Assembly (NCBI RefSeq): GCF_048593235.1
Contig: NC_133622.1
Coordinates: forward strand, 193,285,198 to 193,349,197
Direction of reading: 5' to 3'
DNA length: 64,000 bases
Source of the DNA: Sminthopsis crassicaudata
Lineage: Eukaryota
The notes under the pieces are model-generated. The model searched no databases. It was not told the origin of the DNA and saw nothing but the letters and a program-made list of their open reading frames with translations. A program made the position numbers and the translations under genes. Shown here one piece after another: positions 1-13,800 of the stretch (position 1 is the first letter of the stretch; every line of letters starts with the position of its first letter).

Positions 1-84
1 AAAGGCCTCCAGCTCCGCCTCCAGCCGGGAGGGGCCGAGGCCGAGTCGCGGGGGCGAGGGAGGGGGGCGGGAGGGCGGGGGTGC

Positions 85-2488
85 TCAGGTGGCCACGATG
101 GGGCTGGGCGGGGCGGCGCCGACGCCCTCCGGTAGCCCGAGCTGCAGCTGCAGGTTGAGGCGGTAACACTGCAGGCTGCAGAGGGGCTGGCCCGTGCGCG
201 AGCAGGCGTAGCGCCGCGGGTGGGGACAGCCTGGCACAGAGCAGCGGGGCCGAGGGCCCGGGGGCGGCGGGGGCGGAGAAACTGGGGCCGGCGTGGGCAC
301 ACCCACGGGGAAGGACAGAGTGGCGCCGCGCGCTCCGCTGCTGTAGCGGACCATGGGCGTGACGGCGGGTGGTCGGCCCCCTCGGCGTTCGCCACGCGCG
401 CCCCCTCGGCCGCCGCGGCTGCTGGGGGCCGCCGTCTTAGTCAGCCTCTCGATGGTCTGGTTTTTGTGCTCCTCCGCCCGGCGGGCCGCCTGCAAGCGCC
501 GCTTCCGGGCCCGCTCCTCCCGCTTCATCAGCATCTCCTCCGTGAGCGCCGGAGCACCCGCGGCCTTGGGCAGCTTGAGCATGGGCGACGGCTGGCTCCG
601 GGCTTTCTGCAGCAGGGCCTTCTGCGGGGACAACGAAGAGGGGCCCGATCGTCAGGGGCCGCCACTCCGACACTGCCGGCTCCCGCCCCGGTCCTCACCT
701 CCGACCCCATCCACCCACCTGGCGTGCTGTGAGCAGTCTCTCGTTGATCTCCTTCTTCAGGTCCCCATTGTCATCCAGCTCCCCCTTCTCCAGGGCATCC
801 AGCCAGCGCTGTTCTTCCTCATCCTCTCGGCCTCCAAGGCCTCCAGCCAACTCCCCGAGAGGAGAGGGGGACAGGTTACTGTCTTCATCTAGGGACAAAA
901 GTATACCCTGACACAACTTGTATCCAGCCGGAAGAACAGCCAAACTGGGGGGGAGGGGGAAGCCGTCAGCCAGTCCCTGAAGGTGCCTTACCCAGCCAGG
1001 CTCGGTACTGCTCAATGGGGACCCCTTCCATCGGCTCCTCTTCATTGTCCACAACCATGAGGGGAGAAGGGGACCGGGGCTCCTCGGGGATCACAGTGAA
1101 GGTGGGAACGCTGGAGAAGGAGAAGAGTGAGAAGCCTGGCAAGCTACCTCCTTTTCTACACTCCACATGCAGGACACCAAGTCTACAGGTCCAGTCTGTG
1201 GGCATTTACTAAGCATCTTCTATAAGCATCTTCTATTGCACTTATAGTGTTGGGAAATCCAAAGAAAAGCAAAAATAGTGTCTGCTTTCCAGCAGAAGCT
1301 CACATTCTAATAATGGACACTATCAATCAGTCCAGTCTCCTGCCTCCCACCACAGTCCCATAGTTATTTTGGTGCTGTGCATAAAGCTACAGGAACTAGG
1401 AATCAGGAACACTCCTGGAGTTCAAGTACAGCCTTAGACACTTCCTGGCTGCATGACCCCTCTTTGCCTCAGTTTCCTCATTTATAAAATGAGCTGAAGA
1501 AGAAAATGGTCAACCATTTCAATATTTTTTGCTAAACAATCTCCAGGTCTCACCCCAAAGGCTGATCAGACCCGCCTCCCAGTGGACATAGGAAGGGCCT
1601 CTTTTAACTTTCCCTGATTCCTAGATCTTCAACCCAACTAGGCAGTATGGCCAGACTCCCCACCAAAAGCCGACCAACTCCAGATCAGCACCCATGGGGA
1701 GTCCTTGGCTGTCAGCAAAGCCCTTGAGGTTCGAGGAGCTCAAGTGCCTTCTTGGGAGGGCTTGGCCCTGGCTGCCCCCCAGCCCACAGAGCCCTGACCT
1801 CACGGTCTTCATGCTTACCTCTTGGTGCCCAGAACCTGGCCACCGAGTTTGATCCTGAGCTTCAGCTGGGCAGGAGCTTGGGCAGGGCCAGAGGCAGAGC
1901 TGGGCAGGGGGGGGCCGGGTCCTTCCTCCTGGTGCTGCTTTTTCTTATGTTTCTTCTTGTGCTTCTTATGCTTCTTCTTATGGCCACCGTGGCCGTGGCC
2001 ACTCAGTTCCAGCTCTTCTCCTGAGGATCAGCGCCGTTAGCGGGGGGGTCGGGGCAGGGGCAGGGGCAGCACCCGGGGCACACAACTTGGGCAGGCACCG
2101 GGGGCCCTTCCCCGGAGCTGGGGAGAGGGGAGGGGATGGAAGGGGGGCTGTGGCTAGGACGGGTCGTCTCCATGGCAACCAAGGAGGCACCACTTGGAGC
2201 TGGGGGAAGGGAGAAGGGAGAGTGTCCGTTGCCTTGGAGATCGCGCGCACGTTGGCCCACTCCGACCAGATGAGACCAGACTGACCCGGCCCGGCCCATA
2301 GAGGCTCCTAGAGGAAGCGCTCCAGACTCTCACCCGCACCACCCCTCGCAGGCCTTCAGCTGCGGACCCAGGAACTCTGAAAAGCGGGCCCTTTCCCACC
2401 TAGGCCTGTCCCCTCCCGGGCACCACCTACCGGGTTCCGACCCCTCCGCGGCCCCGGAGGCGCCTCCGCGTCTCCACAGCTTGCTCAT
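85..2488 (-). CDS. INO80B: INO80 complex subunit B (PAPA-1 and zf-HIT domains), 361 aa
   Basis: Exons (minus) 2488-2431, 2020-1819, 1110-992, 888-719, 621-85 total 1086 nt. All introns are GT-AG with matching phases. Starts MSKLWRRGG, has a KKKHKKHKKKH tract, WLDALEKGELDDNGDLKKEINERLLTARQ and C-terminal CSVPGCPHPRRYACSRTGQPLCSLQCY, all matching INO80B as I recall it. Confidence 0.97.
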
Positions 2489-4800
2489 GAGCAGCCGTAG
2501 CTAATAAGAACTGGAAAGGACGAAGACACACGAGAACGACCCCCTTCCGCCCCGCGGAAGCTCTGCTCCCGGAAATGGAATCACTCCCCTTCCGCTCGTG
2601 CTCAGGGCCGTCTACCATCTTTGTGCGGGGCCGACCCGACTCCCAAATGCCTCCCCCGGAGAAACAGGGCCGGTTTTTGGGAGTCCGCCTCAGGATTCTC
2701 TGCACGGCGGAGCAGGGTACCTTGGGGCTGAGGAGCGACTCCGGGTCCTAGCGATCCACTAGGCTCAGGCACACAAATGCGGTGAGGAAGAACCTTTATT
2801 CCAAGGCAGATTTTTGCTTATTTGGGGGGAAAAGGGTATAATTTTAAAAGTATTTTTTAAAGCCCAGCCTGCGAAGTGGGAAGTGCAAGTGTCATTCATT
2901 ACTCCCATTTTGCAGACGAGAAAACCGAGGCCGGAGCCGATTTGAACTATACATCGGATTACCCCGCTAGGGAATGTCGGGTAGATGTACTCTAAATCAA
3001 AACATCGAGTATGTTATCTTTAAAGCCACACTCCGGTTTCAAAACTATTATGGCCACTAAGCAAAGCTTTTACATCTTAAAATGTAGGACACAGTATTTA
3101 TTAAGTTCCTGTTCCAAGCATGGGTGTAGTTTTTTGTTTGTTTGCTTTTGTGTATGGGTTTTGGGGTGTTTTTGTTTTTTTGGTGGTTGTTGGGTTTTTT
3201 GTGTGTGCTAGAGGCAGAGACCCAAAGAAACACGACGTACGGACCCTCAACCCAGAACTCTTTTCAAAATTTTGATTACCGGATGATTGGGACGGTTTCG
3301 GTTTTTTGCATTTGTTTCCCAACCCCTAACGCGGTGCCTGAAAAGTAAACAGTGCTTAATAAAAGCGTTTGATTTGATTATCTGAATTTTCACTTCCTTT
3401 TTCCAGACCTCAAGACCTCAGTTTCCTTATCAATAGGAGAGGAAAGACGATCTCTTAAGGTCCTTTTCAGTTCTAATTTGATTTTAGGGTTCTTTTCCCA
3501 TCCCCACCCCCATGTTGTCTGTATGTTTACAATCGTGAGCTCCTAGCGAGCAGTTCTTGCCTTTCTTCCTCTCCCTGGTATTTACCACCTAATTGGCGTT
3601 TAATAAATTCTTTTTACTTTCCACACGACACAGTACAAATAACCACCCTGCCACACACACCTACACATCTGTATCCACAGAGCAACGCTCCCTCATTGTG
3701 TCCGGACAGCCGCAGCAGCACCTCCTAGGCGCTTTTTTCAATCACCCCCGTTTCTTCTCACATTTTTACTTTCCGCTTTCCAGTCTCGAGTCCTCCCTAG
3801 CATGTCCCTAAGCAGAAGACAGGACCCCTAGGGAACTGGAAAGAGGCCTTTTTTTGGTTGAGACTTAGTCCCGCCATTTAGAGGAGAGGGTGGAGCTTTA
3901 GCTTAAATGAGCCTCCTTGGACCCGCCCCTGCCTCAGGTAAGGAAGCCCGCCTTCTCGGTCGCCAAACCCAGTCTCCAAGCCTTAGTTCCGATTGGATGG
4001 TGCTCTAACCAAACTTGGTTCTTGATGCGGGGTTGGCTCAGGTGTGCGCTCTGGGCGGGGCTCTCCTCGAGGTAACTCCGGACTGAGCGTCCCTCCTCTT
4101 TCGTGACCGACCTAGGTGTACTCTCCGGAGGCCGGGGGGGGGGGGGGGGGGCGGGTAAAGTTTGGGAGTAGAGGAACTGGGAGATTCCCGGGCTTTGAGA
4201 GTGGGTGAGGGGGCCGGGCCAGGCGTGGCTGGGCGTGAAGGGACGGGACAAAGCCTGGCAGGACCGGACAGGAGCCTGGAGATGAGAGGAAGTCCGGAAT
4301 TGAGATTGGTGGAATCCAAGGCTTGATGGTAACAGAAAACAACGCGAAAAAATTAGCCCACTAACCAACCCCCCAAAAAAAGGAAAAGAAAAAAGCCTAA
4401 AAGAGGGCGTTCCGGCACAAAAGAACCAGGGCAAGGATCTGGTGCGTTCCAGAGTTACTCATTGAAGAATGTTTTCCCGGAATCACCGGAGTCGCGTCAC
4501 GGTAGCCAGGGGTTCTGCCCTGGAGATGGAGTTCAAACGCGGCCGCTTTCGCCTCAGCCTGTTCTGCGACACTCCAGAGGTAGGAGACCCTCCTCACCCC
4601 TCCCGGCCTCTCTGGCCTCCTCCTATGGATCACCCCCCTCCCTTCGCCTAGAAGGGGTGGGGCAAGGGGTGGACCTTGCAAGTGCCCCAAGCTGGGTACC
4701 AAGGGCTATTGGCTTAGAATAACAGTAACTCGGCTCCGGGCTCTGTCGTGTCCAATCGGGCCGGCCCAGTCGGGGAAAACCCAAGTTGCGCCCCACTTCA
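2000..4800. promoter_or_regulatory. Divergent INO80B / RTKN promoter region with two CpG-rich blocks
   Basis: INO80B ATG at 2488 (-) and RTKN ATG at 4469 (+). CpG-rich at about 2000-2760 and 3900-4800. ETS-like CCGGAAAT near 2569, YY1-like CCGCCATTT near 3871, CCAAT-type GATTGG near 3990 and 4303. Confidence 0.6.
2166..2179. promoter_or_regulatory. RFX X-box in INO80B intron 1
   Basis: GTCTCCATGGCAAC fits the X-box consensus GTYNCC-AT-GGNAAC and lies in a CpG island. Motif match only. Confidence 0.5.
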
Positions 4801-7800
4801 GTGACCCCAATTAAGCCTTCAGCATTGCCCCGAAGCTGGTCCCTCTTGGCCCCCTCAATATCCACATGCACCTGTAACCCTTCTGTCACGACCGGGACAC
4901 CTGGGCACTTCCTCCACGCACCAAAACCACCCTCAGACCCAGTTCGTAGAAATCTCTCGGACTCAGAGAGCCTTCTCAACATCCAGACTTGGGTCATTGA
5001 CAAGTGGCTTGAGATTGACGTAAATAGATAGATCCTACCTCCGGGAGTTGGGATATCAGGGATAGAGAAAAGAGATGATACGACTTGCTTCCCCTCCCAC
5101 TCCCCATCTTTCCGACCTCGTTAACTAGTAGGCACCCTCTCCGGGTTCATTCCTAGGAATTAAGACCGGATTTTGATCGGGGTTGTCTCTAAAGTCCAAG
5201 CCGTGATCAGTGGCTTTCTCTCAGAGAGCTCTGTAGCGGGGTGAAACAGTACTCGGTTCAGTTTAGAGGAGTTGCTTTGACCCAGATTTGGCCGTATGTA
5301 TGATGTTGGTCAAGTAATTTCCTTTTGGGTCTCTGGGATTTCCTAACCCATCATCAGCATCATCCTTGTACTAAATCTGTGGTTCTTAAACTTTTTTGCG
5401 TGCATAAAACACCCCTCTGGAATTCTCGTGCACTCTACAGACATCCTTCTGGAAATGTTTTTAAATGCATAAAATAAAATGCGTAGGATTACAAAGGAAA
5501 CCAGAGGTTAGTGAAAATTAAAATGTAATATTTTTCTCATCCAATATCTAACTTCCTTTCCCCTCCAGAACTGAAAAGGGTTACATCTAATGGCTTCACC
5601 TGCCCACCCCCTCATTCCTCCCCAGCAGAGATTCCGGTTGGAACTCTGCTCTTTCCCTCCCCCTGTGAACAAAGGCCCTATTCATCTCTGTCTCCTCACC
5701 TACTCTTCTCCCTCCGCACAGCTGCCTCCGGGAAGGGAAGGGCTGGGAAGGACTCGGCTGACTATTCTGAAATGCCACCCCCAGATTCTGTACACAAGGG
5801 GTCCCCACCATTACGCAGGGGACCCTGGAGTCCGAATCCCGAGAACTAGGAATTGCTGAGGTGTTTTTTGGGGTAAAAGTTTTCAGCCGCGGAAGGAAAA
5901 GGCTGTCCCCTCCTACCAGTTGAGGCCACCCTAAACTTGGATCCAAGAGGTGGGGCGTGGATGTGAGGGCGGAGCCGAGAAGGCAGACATCTGCGGGCTT
6001 TGGGAACACAGTCCTAGGCTAGAGGATACTGGACTGAGAAGAGGGGGTTGGGCTTGGCCGGGGGATGATAGGGCGGGGCCTGGATTACTGTGACCTTGTG
6101 GGTCACTGTGTGTTCGGTGAGAGGGGGGCAAAAGCTGCAGCTGGCGGGGGACTGGGGCTGGTTTCCTGTCTGGAAGGGAAGGGGCCCAGAGAAGGGAGTG
6201 TGTGTAAGGGGGGAAAGAGCTGTACGCAGGTCCTGCCCCTCTAGCCCCCTCTCTTTGCTGGAAAAGAGTGAGGTAACTGGGGAGAGGCTAGGCTGGGTTG
6301 GACGGGGCTGGACCGAGGCGGGGCGCAGCAGAGCTTGGGAGGGACAATTTGGAGTGGAGGAGGCATTCTCTGGGACTCACCCGTTTCCACTTCCCGGGCT
6401 CTGTAACTGCCTCACTTTCTCCACACATCCATCCTCCCCACTAAAAAGCTGAACGAGAGCCAGCTTCCCAATTGAAAACCTACAACCTTCCTCATCTGCT
6501 CCTTGGGAATCTTAACAACCATGTGAAACTTGCCGCCAAATGCTGCTGACTCCCCCCGCCCCTTACAAAATATCCCCATTCTGCTTCTCCCCCCCCCCAT
6601 ACCACCACACTATCCTTCTCCCCCACCCCTGTACACATTGGCCCTCTGTCCACTGGGCCGGTGATGTGGGCGGGGGCTCGGGAGGGAATGAAAGGCCCTT
6701 TCTCTTCCACAGCTGGGAGAACAGCTGCCATCAGACCCAAACTGGATGCTGAACTCTGCCTAGGGGCCCCCTCCCCTCTGTCAGTTCTCCAGAACCTCCC
6801 TTCTCCCCTCCCACCTTCCTTTCCCTTCCCCTCCCTCCATCCCTTGCTCCAGCCTGGGGCGGTGGCAGCTGCTTTGGAGAAAGTTTGTCGTGGCAGCCTT
6901 AGGGGCCTGGCTCCGGTCAGTTAGGGGGTTGAAGGGAGGAATCAGCATTGCTTCAGGGCAGAACTGAGGGCCACAGAGATGCAGGACAGATTGCACATCC
7001 TGGAGGACCTGAACATGCTGTACATCCGGCAGATGGCGCTCAGCCTGGAGGTAATACCCCCGCCCCCACCCCGCAGGGGTGCAGGCTAACGCTGCATGTG
7101 CTTGGGTCTCATTGAATTGGACTTTGCTGGGGCTTCGGGATAGGAGTGGGCTGGGGAGGGGAAGGCTAGGGGAACTCTCTGCAGCAGGTTGTATGAGGGT
7201 GGGTGTCAGTGTGGCTACCCCAGCCCCAAACCGCCCGTGCTATATGGCTCCCGTTCTGGGCTTCTCTCTGCTCTTTCTCGGCGCCCACCCCCACACATTC
7301 TGGACATGGGTGGTTGGTATGTCACTTTTCTGGTGACTAGGAGAGAGGTGAGGATTACTGTGGAGTGGAAAATGGAAAAGTCACTTCTCTGGGCCTCAGT
7401 TTCCTTATCTGAGGAAGGGGAAGGTATCCGATGGCCTCTGAAATTGCTCCCAGAAAGAGCAAGTCTAAAGTTGACAATGAGGAAGCTAGCTGACATAATA
7501 TAGAATAGAACAGGCTCTGAAGTGTGACAGTCACCGTTTGTAGGGAGCTTGGGCACAAAGAGAAGCAAGGGAGGGAACAAGCCTGGGGACAATCCGGCCT
7601 TGGAAGGGCCCATTTCCCTTTCCTCAGCGTATATCCAAGCATTCCTTCTCACTGGCTGAACTCATACACTTTGTCTCTGCTGACCTCTCTCACTTGTGAT
7701 CCAGCCCTAGGGGACTGAGGCTTCCTGGCCGGGCCTAAGAAACTGTTAAATTACATTGACTAGCTACAGTTGCTGTTTCCTTGCCTTCCTCTCCACCGAG

Positions 7801-10800
7801 ATAGGGGATGTGTGGAGAGGGACTCTTGAAAGGTGCCCCACGTTTGAACAAGAGGAGGTGAAATTAGGGGAAATGATTCTGAAAGTGACTTCAGTGTGAA
7901 TTTCTTTTTAATTTTATTTTTTAATTATAATTTAATTTTTACATAAATTTTATGCACGGGTAATTTTCCAGCATTGACAATTGCAAAACCTTTTGTTTCA
8001 GCTTTTCCCCTCCTTCCCTCCACCCCCTCCCCCTGATGGCGGGTTGACCAATTCCAGTGTCAATTTCAAGGAGAAATAGGGATAATAGTTATACACAGGC
8101 ACCCACACATGTCACCGAACCTGAGTTCGAGCTTGAGCAAATGAAGCCTTTGGAAAGCAGGTTTTTCCTTTGAAAAATGGGGTTAAAGTTACCTGTGTTA
8201 TTCTCCTCACTAGGTTGCTATTTGAGAAGTTTTACAATACTTTATAATAATGACCTAGTAGTTGTGTTATTATGCATGGAGCAGGCAGGGTAATAGATGG
8301 GAGAGGGGAAGTTTCTAAGGAGGATCTGAGTCAAGAATAGTACTAGAACTCGGAAGGGAGTAACGAGGTCTGAAATCTAGGATGCCATTGGGGGCTGGAC
8401 ACCGGGAGTCTGGGGAAACTGCCGTGGCCTACGAGAGGTAGCCCATTATCTAAAGGGAGAACTAAGAGGAGGAGGGGAGCTAGAGATAGATTAAAAACAA
8501 GATTCCTGGGTTTTCCTGCAAACCCGGAGCAGGAATCTAGGAGGGAGAGGATGTTGGCTTGAGATCGTAGTTTATAGACTTTGAAAGTCCGACTTGGGAG
8601 TCCAAAGGTGGAAAGCAAAGCGTGCAGGTTGTGAGATGTTTGTCCTGGGCACGTTCTGGGTACTCCCCTGTCTCTGGGCTAACGAGTAGCTTCCAGGGTG
8701 GAAGGTCTCCCCGAGAAGGCAGGATCTCGTTAAACATTCCTCTACGTCCTGCCCCCTCCGCACCAGACCTTGGGTCCAACAGGTAGAACTTTGCCCCTAG
8801 GTCCTCGACTCCCTTGGCGAGGAGAGGATGATAGCGGATTGGCAGACAGCGCTGTCTGCTTAGCTGTCTCCCTCCCTCCCCTCCCTTCTCCACGCGGGTC
8901 ACGCTGCTGGGTTTGGGACGGAGTACCGCGTTTCCAGAGCTCGGGTGGAGCTTCAGGGCGTGGCCACCGTGTGGGCGGCGCTTGGACTGTGGGCGGAATG
9001 TTGTGGGAGGGGGCTGCTGCATTTGAGGAGGGGATCTCCGAGACCCCGGCATGGTGGCCCTGCGGCCTGGGAGAGGTGAAAGGCTGGCCGCCTGGCCCCG
9101 CTACCCTGGGCTCTCCGCGCCTCTGCTGCTCTCGCGTCGATTTGGAGCTGATGTCACCGGAGCTCCGGAGGCGTGGGGAGGACGCGGGAGCACTCCGGCC
9201 GGGCCTTGCCGAGCCGGCCCGGCGCCGGCCCTCCGACCTGCGGCGCCACTTAGCTAGCTCCGCACCAGCCCTGGCCCGGCCAGTCAGAGCTCGGGGGCCG
9301 GAGCCGGCGGCGGCAGAATGGATGGAGCCGGGGAAGGACGAGTAAGTGACGCCCGAGGGAGAGCCCTGAGGGAGGGAGACCCTGAGTCCGGCAGCCAGGG
9401 CTGCTCTCTGGGGTCCTGTGGCTAAGCCTAGGGGCAGGGAGAGAAGCTCTGGGGATAGACCCGTGTCCTATGTCCCTGTGCCCTTTGCACACGCCCACAC
9501 ATCCCCCCCGCATAGCCAGCCACTGCAGAGCGCCGGGCATGGCCAAACCCGGGGCGTGGGCGGACCCCTAACAATGACACATGGGTAAATCCCCATGCGC
9601 TAGGAGGCGGCTGGCTCCCGAGTTTTCCTAGAGAAGGAAAACACGAAAGGGACTTTATTTGGAGAGGAAAGAGAAGGGAGAACCCCAGACAGAGACAGTG
9701 GAGTGAAGGGGCTTGTGGGGAGTCTCTAGGAATGGAGTCAGGGATTGCTCTGTGACTCAGACCTGAATCCAACATCTTGGGGAAGCTCACTAACATCAAC
9801 TCAAAAAAAAAAAAAAAAAACCATTTTCTTCCCAGATTATTTTTAGCTTCCGAATACAATTCTTCCTTTGCAACAACAACAACAAAATTCGCTTCTGCAC
9901 ATATATATTGTACCTAGGATATACTATAAGATATTTAATATGTATGGGAATGCCTGCCATCTAAGGGAGGGGGTGGAGGGAAGGAGGGGAAAATTCGGAC
10001 AGAAGGGAGGACTAGGGATAATGTTGTAAAAAATTACTTATGCATATGTACTGTCAAAAAATGTTATAATTATAAAATTAATTAAATTTTTTTTAAAACC
10101 CTATTAAAATAAAAAGAATAATTAAAAAAACACACACAAAAAAGTTAATGGTTTTCCACTAGCTATGGAATTAAAGGCATTCCAGGTCCTCACATGCTGC
10201 ATTTCGTCACTACTGCCCTATAGAAAAGTCTTGGTTCAGGCAAACCAGTCTCCTTGCTGGTTCACTTTCATGAAGTTCTTTCCCCAGGAAACTGGTCTCT
10301 CTCTACCCTCATGTCAAAATTCTAGTCATTTTTTAAGACCCTGCTGAAATATTAGATCTTATATAAAAACTTCCCCAATTAACTCAATTAGTAATAGGCT
10401 TTTGATTAACCTCCAAATTCTAACATTTTTTTTTTCCCCCCTGAGGCTGGGGTTAAATGCCCAGGGTCACACAGCTAGGAAGTATTAAGTGTCTGAGGCC
10501 AGATTTGAACTTGGGTTCTCCTGAATTCAGGGCTGGTGCTCTATCCACTGAGCCACCTAGCTGCCCCCTTACATAAGTTTTGATATTTGTCTAACAGATC
10601 CATGACATACTTCCTTCTGTGGTAGTTGTGTGTGTGTGTATCCCCAGTGAGTTTCAGGAGAACAAAAAACCATGCTTTCCCATGTTTTTTATAGCTCCCA
10701 TTGCATCTAAATGCAGTAAGTTGTGCATGGTATGTGCATTCTACTTATCATCTGTGCCTCAGTGTCTATAAAGTGGTAAATTACTCTCTAAGCCCCCTTT

Positions 10801-13800
10801 CTATTCTAACTTTTTATTTTTCTTTGCTACCCTAACCAAACCTTTTGCCTTCTCTCTCTTGGACCCTCCTCAAACTTCTTTTACTCTTCCTTTCATCTGT
10901 ATCACCCCAATTTTTAGCTTAATCAAAATATCTATGGTTTTCCCACTTTCAATTCCTGAATTGAATTTAACTAAGATTCTCCTCCATCTTCTTCTGGATG
11001 ATCTTTTTTCCCTAAAGTTTCTAGATTCAGACTAATCGTTAGGTCAAAGGGACCAGAAAATCTGTAGTTTCCTCCCACATCCTGCCAAAATATCTCAACA
11101 TTTCAGACACCTCCCCTTGTCAGATTTTTAAAGTAGGAAATTATTCCCTTCTCCCATATAGTTCCCCTTTGGATCCAACATTGCACAATTCTTAAATTTT
11201 TATTTTGTGATATAGGATAGTACGTGTTGCTTTGTGGCAATACTCATGATCTTTTCAGTGGGTTTAGCCCCCCCAGTTAGAGTATAAGCAGATGAAAGTT
11301 GTCATTTCAATTGTGTCTGAATATTCATGACCCCATTGGGATGTATGTATATACATATATATATGTATATATATATATATAGGCAAAGATACTGGAATGG
11401 TTTGCCACTTCCTTCTCCAGCTCATTTTACAAATGAGGAAACTGAGGCATGCAGGGTTAAGCGACTTGTTCTCTGGGTCACACTGCTATAATAAGTATTT
11501 GAGGTCAGATCTTTCTGACTCAAGGCCCAGTTTTCTTTTTCTTTTTTTTTATTTTTTATTATAGCTTTTTATTTACAAGATATATGCATGGGTAATTTTA
11601 TAGCATTGACAATTGCCAAACCTTTTGTTCCAACTTTTCCCCCTCCTATCCCCCACCCCTTTCCCCCAATGACAGATTGACCAATACATGTTACATATGT
11701 TAAAGTATAAATTAAATACAATATATGTATACATGTCCAAACAGCTATTTGCTGTACAAAAAGAATTGGATTTTGAAACCGTGTACAATTAGCCTGTGAA
11801 GGAAATCCAAAATGCTGTCCGACAAAAATAGGGAATTCTATGTAGTGGTTCATAGTCATCTCCCAGACTTCTTTTGCTGGGTGTAACTGGTTCAATTCAT
11901 TACTTCCCTATTGGAACTGGTTTGAATCATCTCATTGTTGAAGAGGGTCAAGGCCCAGTTTTCTATCCACTCCTCCACTTGACTGTCTGAAGCAAATGAA
12001 AGGAGCATGTCATTTCTTTGATGACTTCCCTAGTACCTGGTTCACTCCAAATCAGTGTTTCATTCATTTAGCACCATTTGGTTGTGATTGGGTACCTAGT
12101 CTATACAATATAATATTAAGACCTAAAGACTCAAAAATAACTTAAGACACAATATTCCCTTCTCTCCAAAGGGGAAGATAAGGTGTGTACATGCTTAGAA
12201 TTAAAAAGCAATATATGATATGTGTATAAGAAGAGTACCCAAAGATCACTTCAGTTTCAAGAATGAGTCAGCAAAGCATGTGGCTTTGGAGTCAGGCTGT
12301 ACCATAAAGGTTTAATAGAAGTTCAATAAACAGAATTGGGAAGGTAGGCTGGAATATGTTATTATTAACAGATTGGGGAAGGCTGTGGACGCTATAAGCA
12401 AAGGGGAGCTTTTTATTTTCAAAAGATATGCATAGATAATGTTCAACAGTCACCCTTGCAAAACCTTGTGTTCCAAATTTTTTTTCCCTTCCTTCCCCTG
12501 ACTCCCTCTCCTAGACAGCAAATAATCCAATATAAGTTAAACATGTACAATTCTTCTTTACATATTTCCATAATTATGCTGCACAAGAAAAATCTAATCA
12601 AAAAAGAAAAAACAATGCAAGTAAACAACAAAAAAGAGTGAAAATACTATGTTGTGATCCACATTCAGTTCCCACAGTCCTCTCCCTGGGTGCAGATGGC
12701 TGTCTCCATCACAAGACCTTGGAACTGACCTGAACCATCTCATTGTTGAAAAGAGCCATGTCCGTCAGAATTGATCTTTGTATAATCTTGCTGTTGCCTG
12801 TTCAATGATTGGAGATTTTTTTTAAAGCAAGGGGAAGCCTCTGCTTTAGGAAGATCAGAGCAATGGTTTAAGATACTAACTTTGGATATGTGTTTAGGAT
12901 AGGGCGGAGTAGGAAAGAAGAGGAAGAAGGCAGACTAATTTAGAAAATCATAATGATTTAATTTCTCTCAGGGCCTTCCTTAACTCTAATATTAGGGGAG
13001 AAGATTGGGGAATCCTGCTTCTCTAGTCTTACTCGTTGTTCCTTCCCCTCAGGATACAGAGCTGCAGCGAAAGCTGGATCATGAGATCCGAATGAGAGAA
13101 GGCGCCTGTAAGCTGCTGGCTGCCTGCTCCCAACGGGAACAAGCCCTAGAGGCCACCAAGAGCTTGCTGGTTTGCAGCAGCCGCATCCTCAGTTACATGG
13201 GGGAACTGCAGCGGCGAAAGGAAGCACAGGTGCTGGGGAGAACAGCAAGGCGGTGAGCAGGGGGAGGAAGAACAGACACATTTTTGGAAGGGGGCCCTCC
13301 TGCACTAAGCAAATATCATCTGGAGTCAGATTTGCTCACCAGGGAGCCAGAATTCATTTAGTGTCAGCTGGGTGTCCGGTGATGTTCAATTGAGAGGATG
13401 GGATGGGACAGGCTAGCATGGGAGTATTGGGCAGTAAAGTGAGTTTGGTGCATGTGGTGATTAGGACCTCTAGAAAAGCTTTGGAGTTTTGTTCTCCAGT
13501 GCCCAGAATCACCTCAGGCTCCTAGAACCTGTTCACTCATTGACTGGAGCCTTATAAGACAGCATTCTCCCACAAGCTCTTCCAGAGCAGCCCTGAACAT
13601 AGAACAGTTCCATGGCATTAGATATATTCTAACCAAGGAGGCTACCAGTTGGTATCCCCCCCAACTCTTTTTTTTTCCTGATGCAATTGGGGTTAAGTGA
13701 CTTGCCTTGGATCACACAGCTAGGAAGCGTTAAGTGTCTGAGGCCAGTTTGAACTCAGATTCTCCTGACTTCAGGGCTGGTGTTCTATCCACTGCATACC

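Noticed and set aside
220-892. Long + strand ORFs (170 and 179 aa) opposite INO80B
   Set aside because: GC-rich antisense shadows of INO80B exons 4-5, with no independent motif or splice structure.
2003-2299. ORF containing GCC ATG GAG (METTRP...) as a possible INO80B start
   Set aside because: It lies in intron 1 with no good donor. The real exon 1 (MSKLWRRG...) is at 2488-2431, and this ATG is the centre of the X-box motif.
4623-5031. ORFs of 81-126 aa in RTKN intron 1
   Set aside because: No recognisable homology, non-ATG or weak starts, and no splice support.
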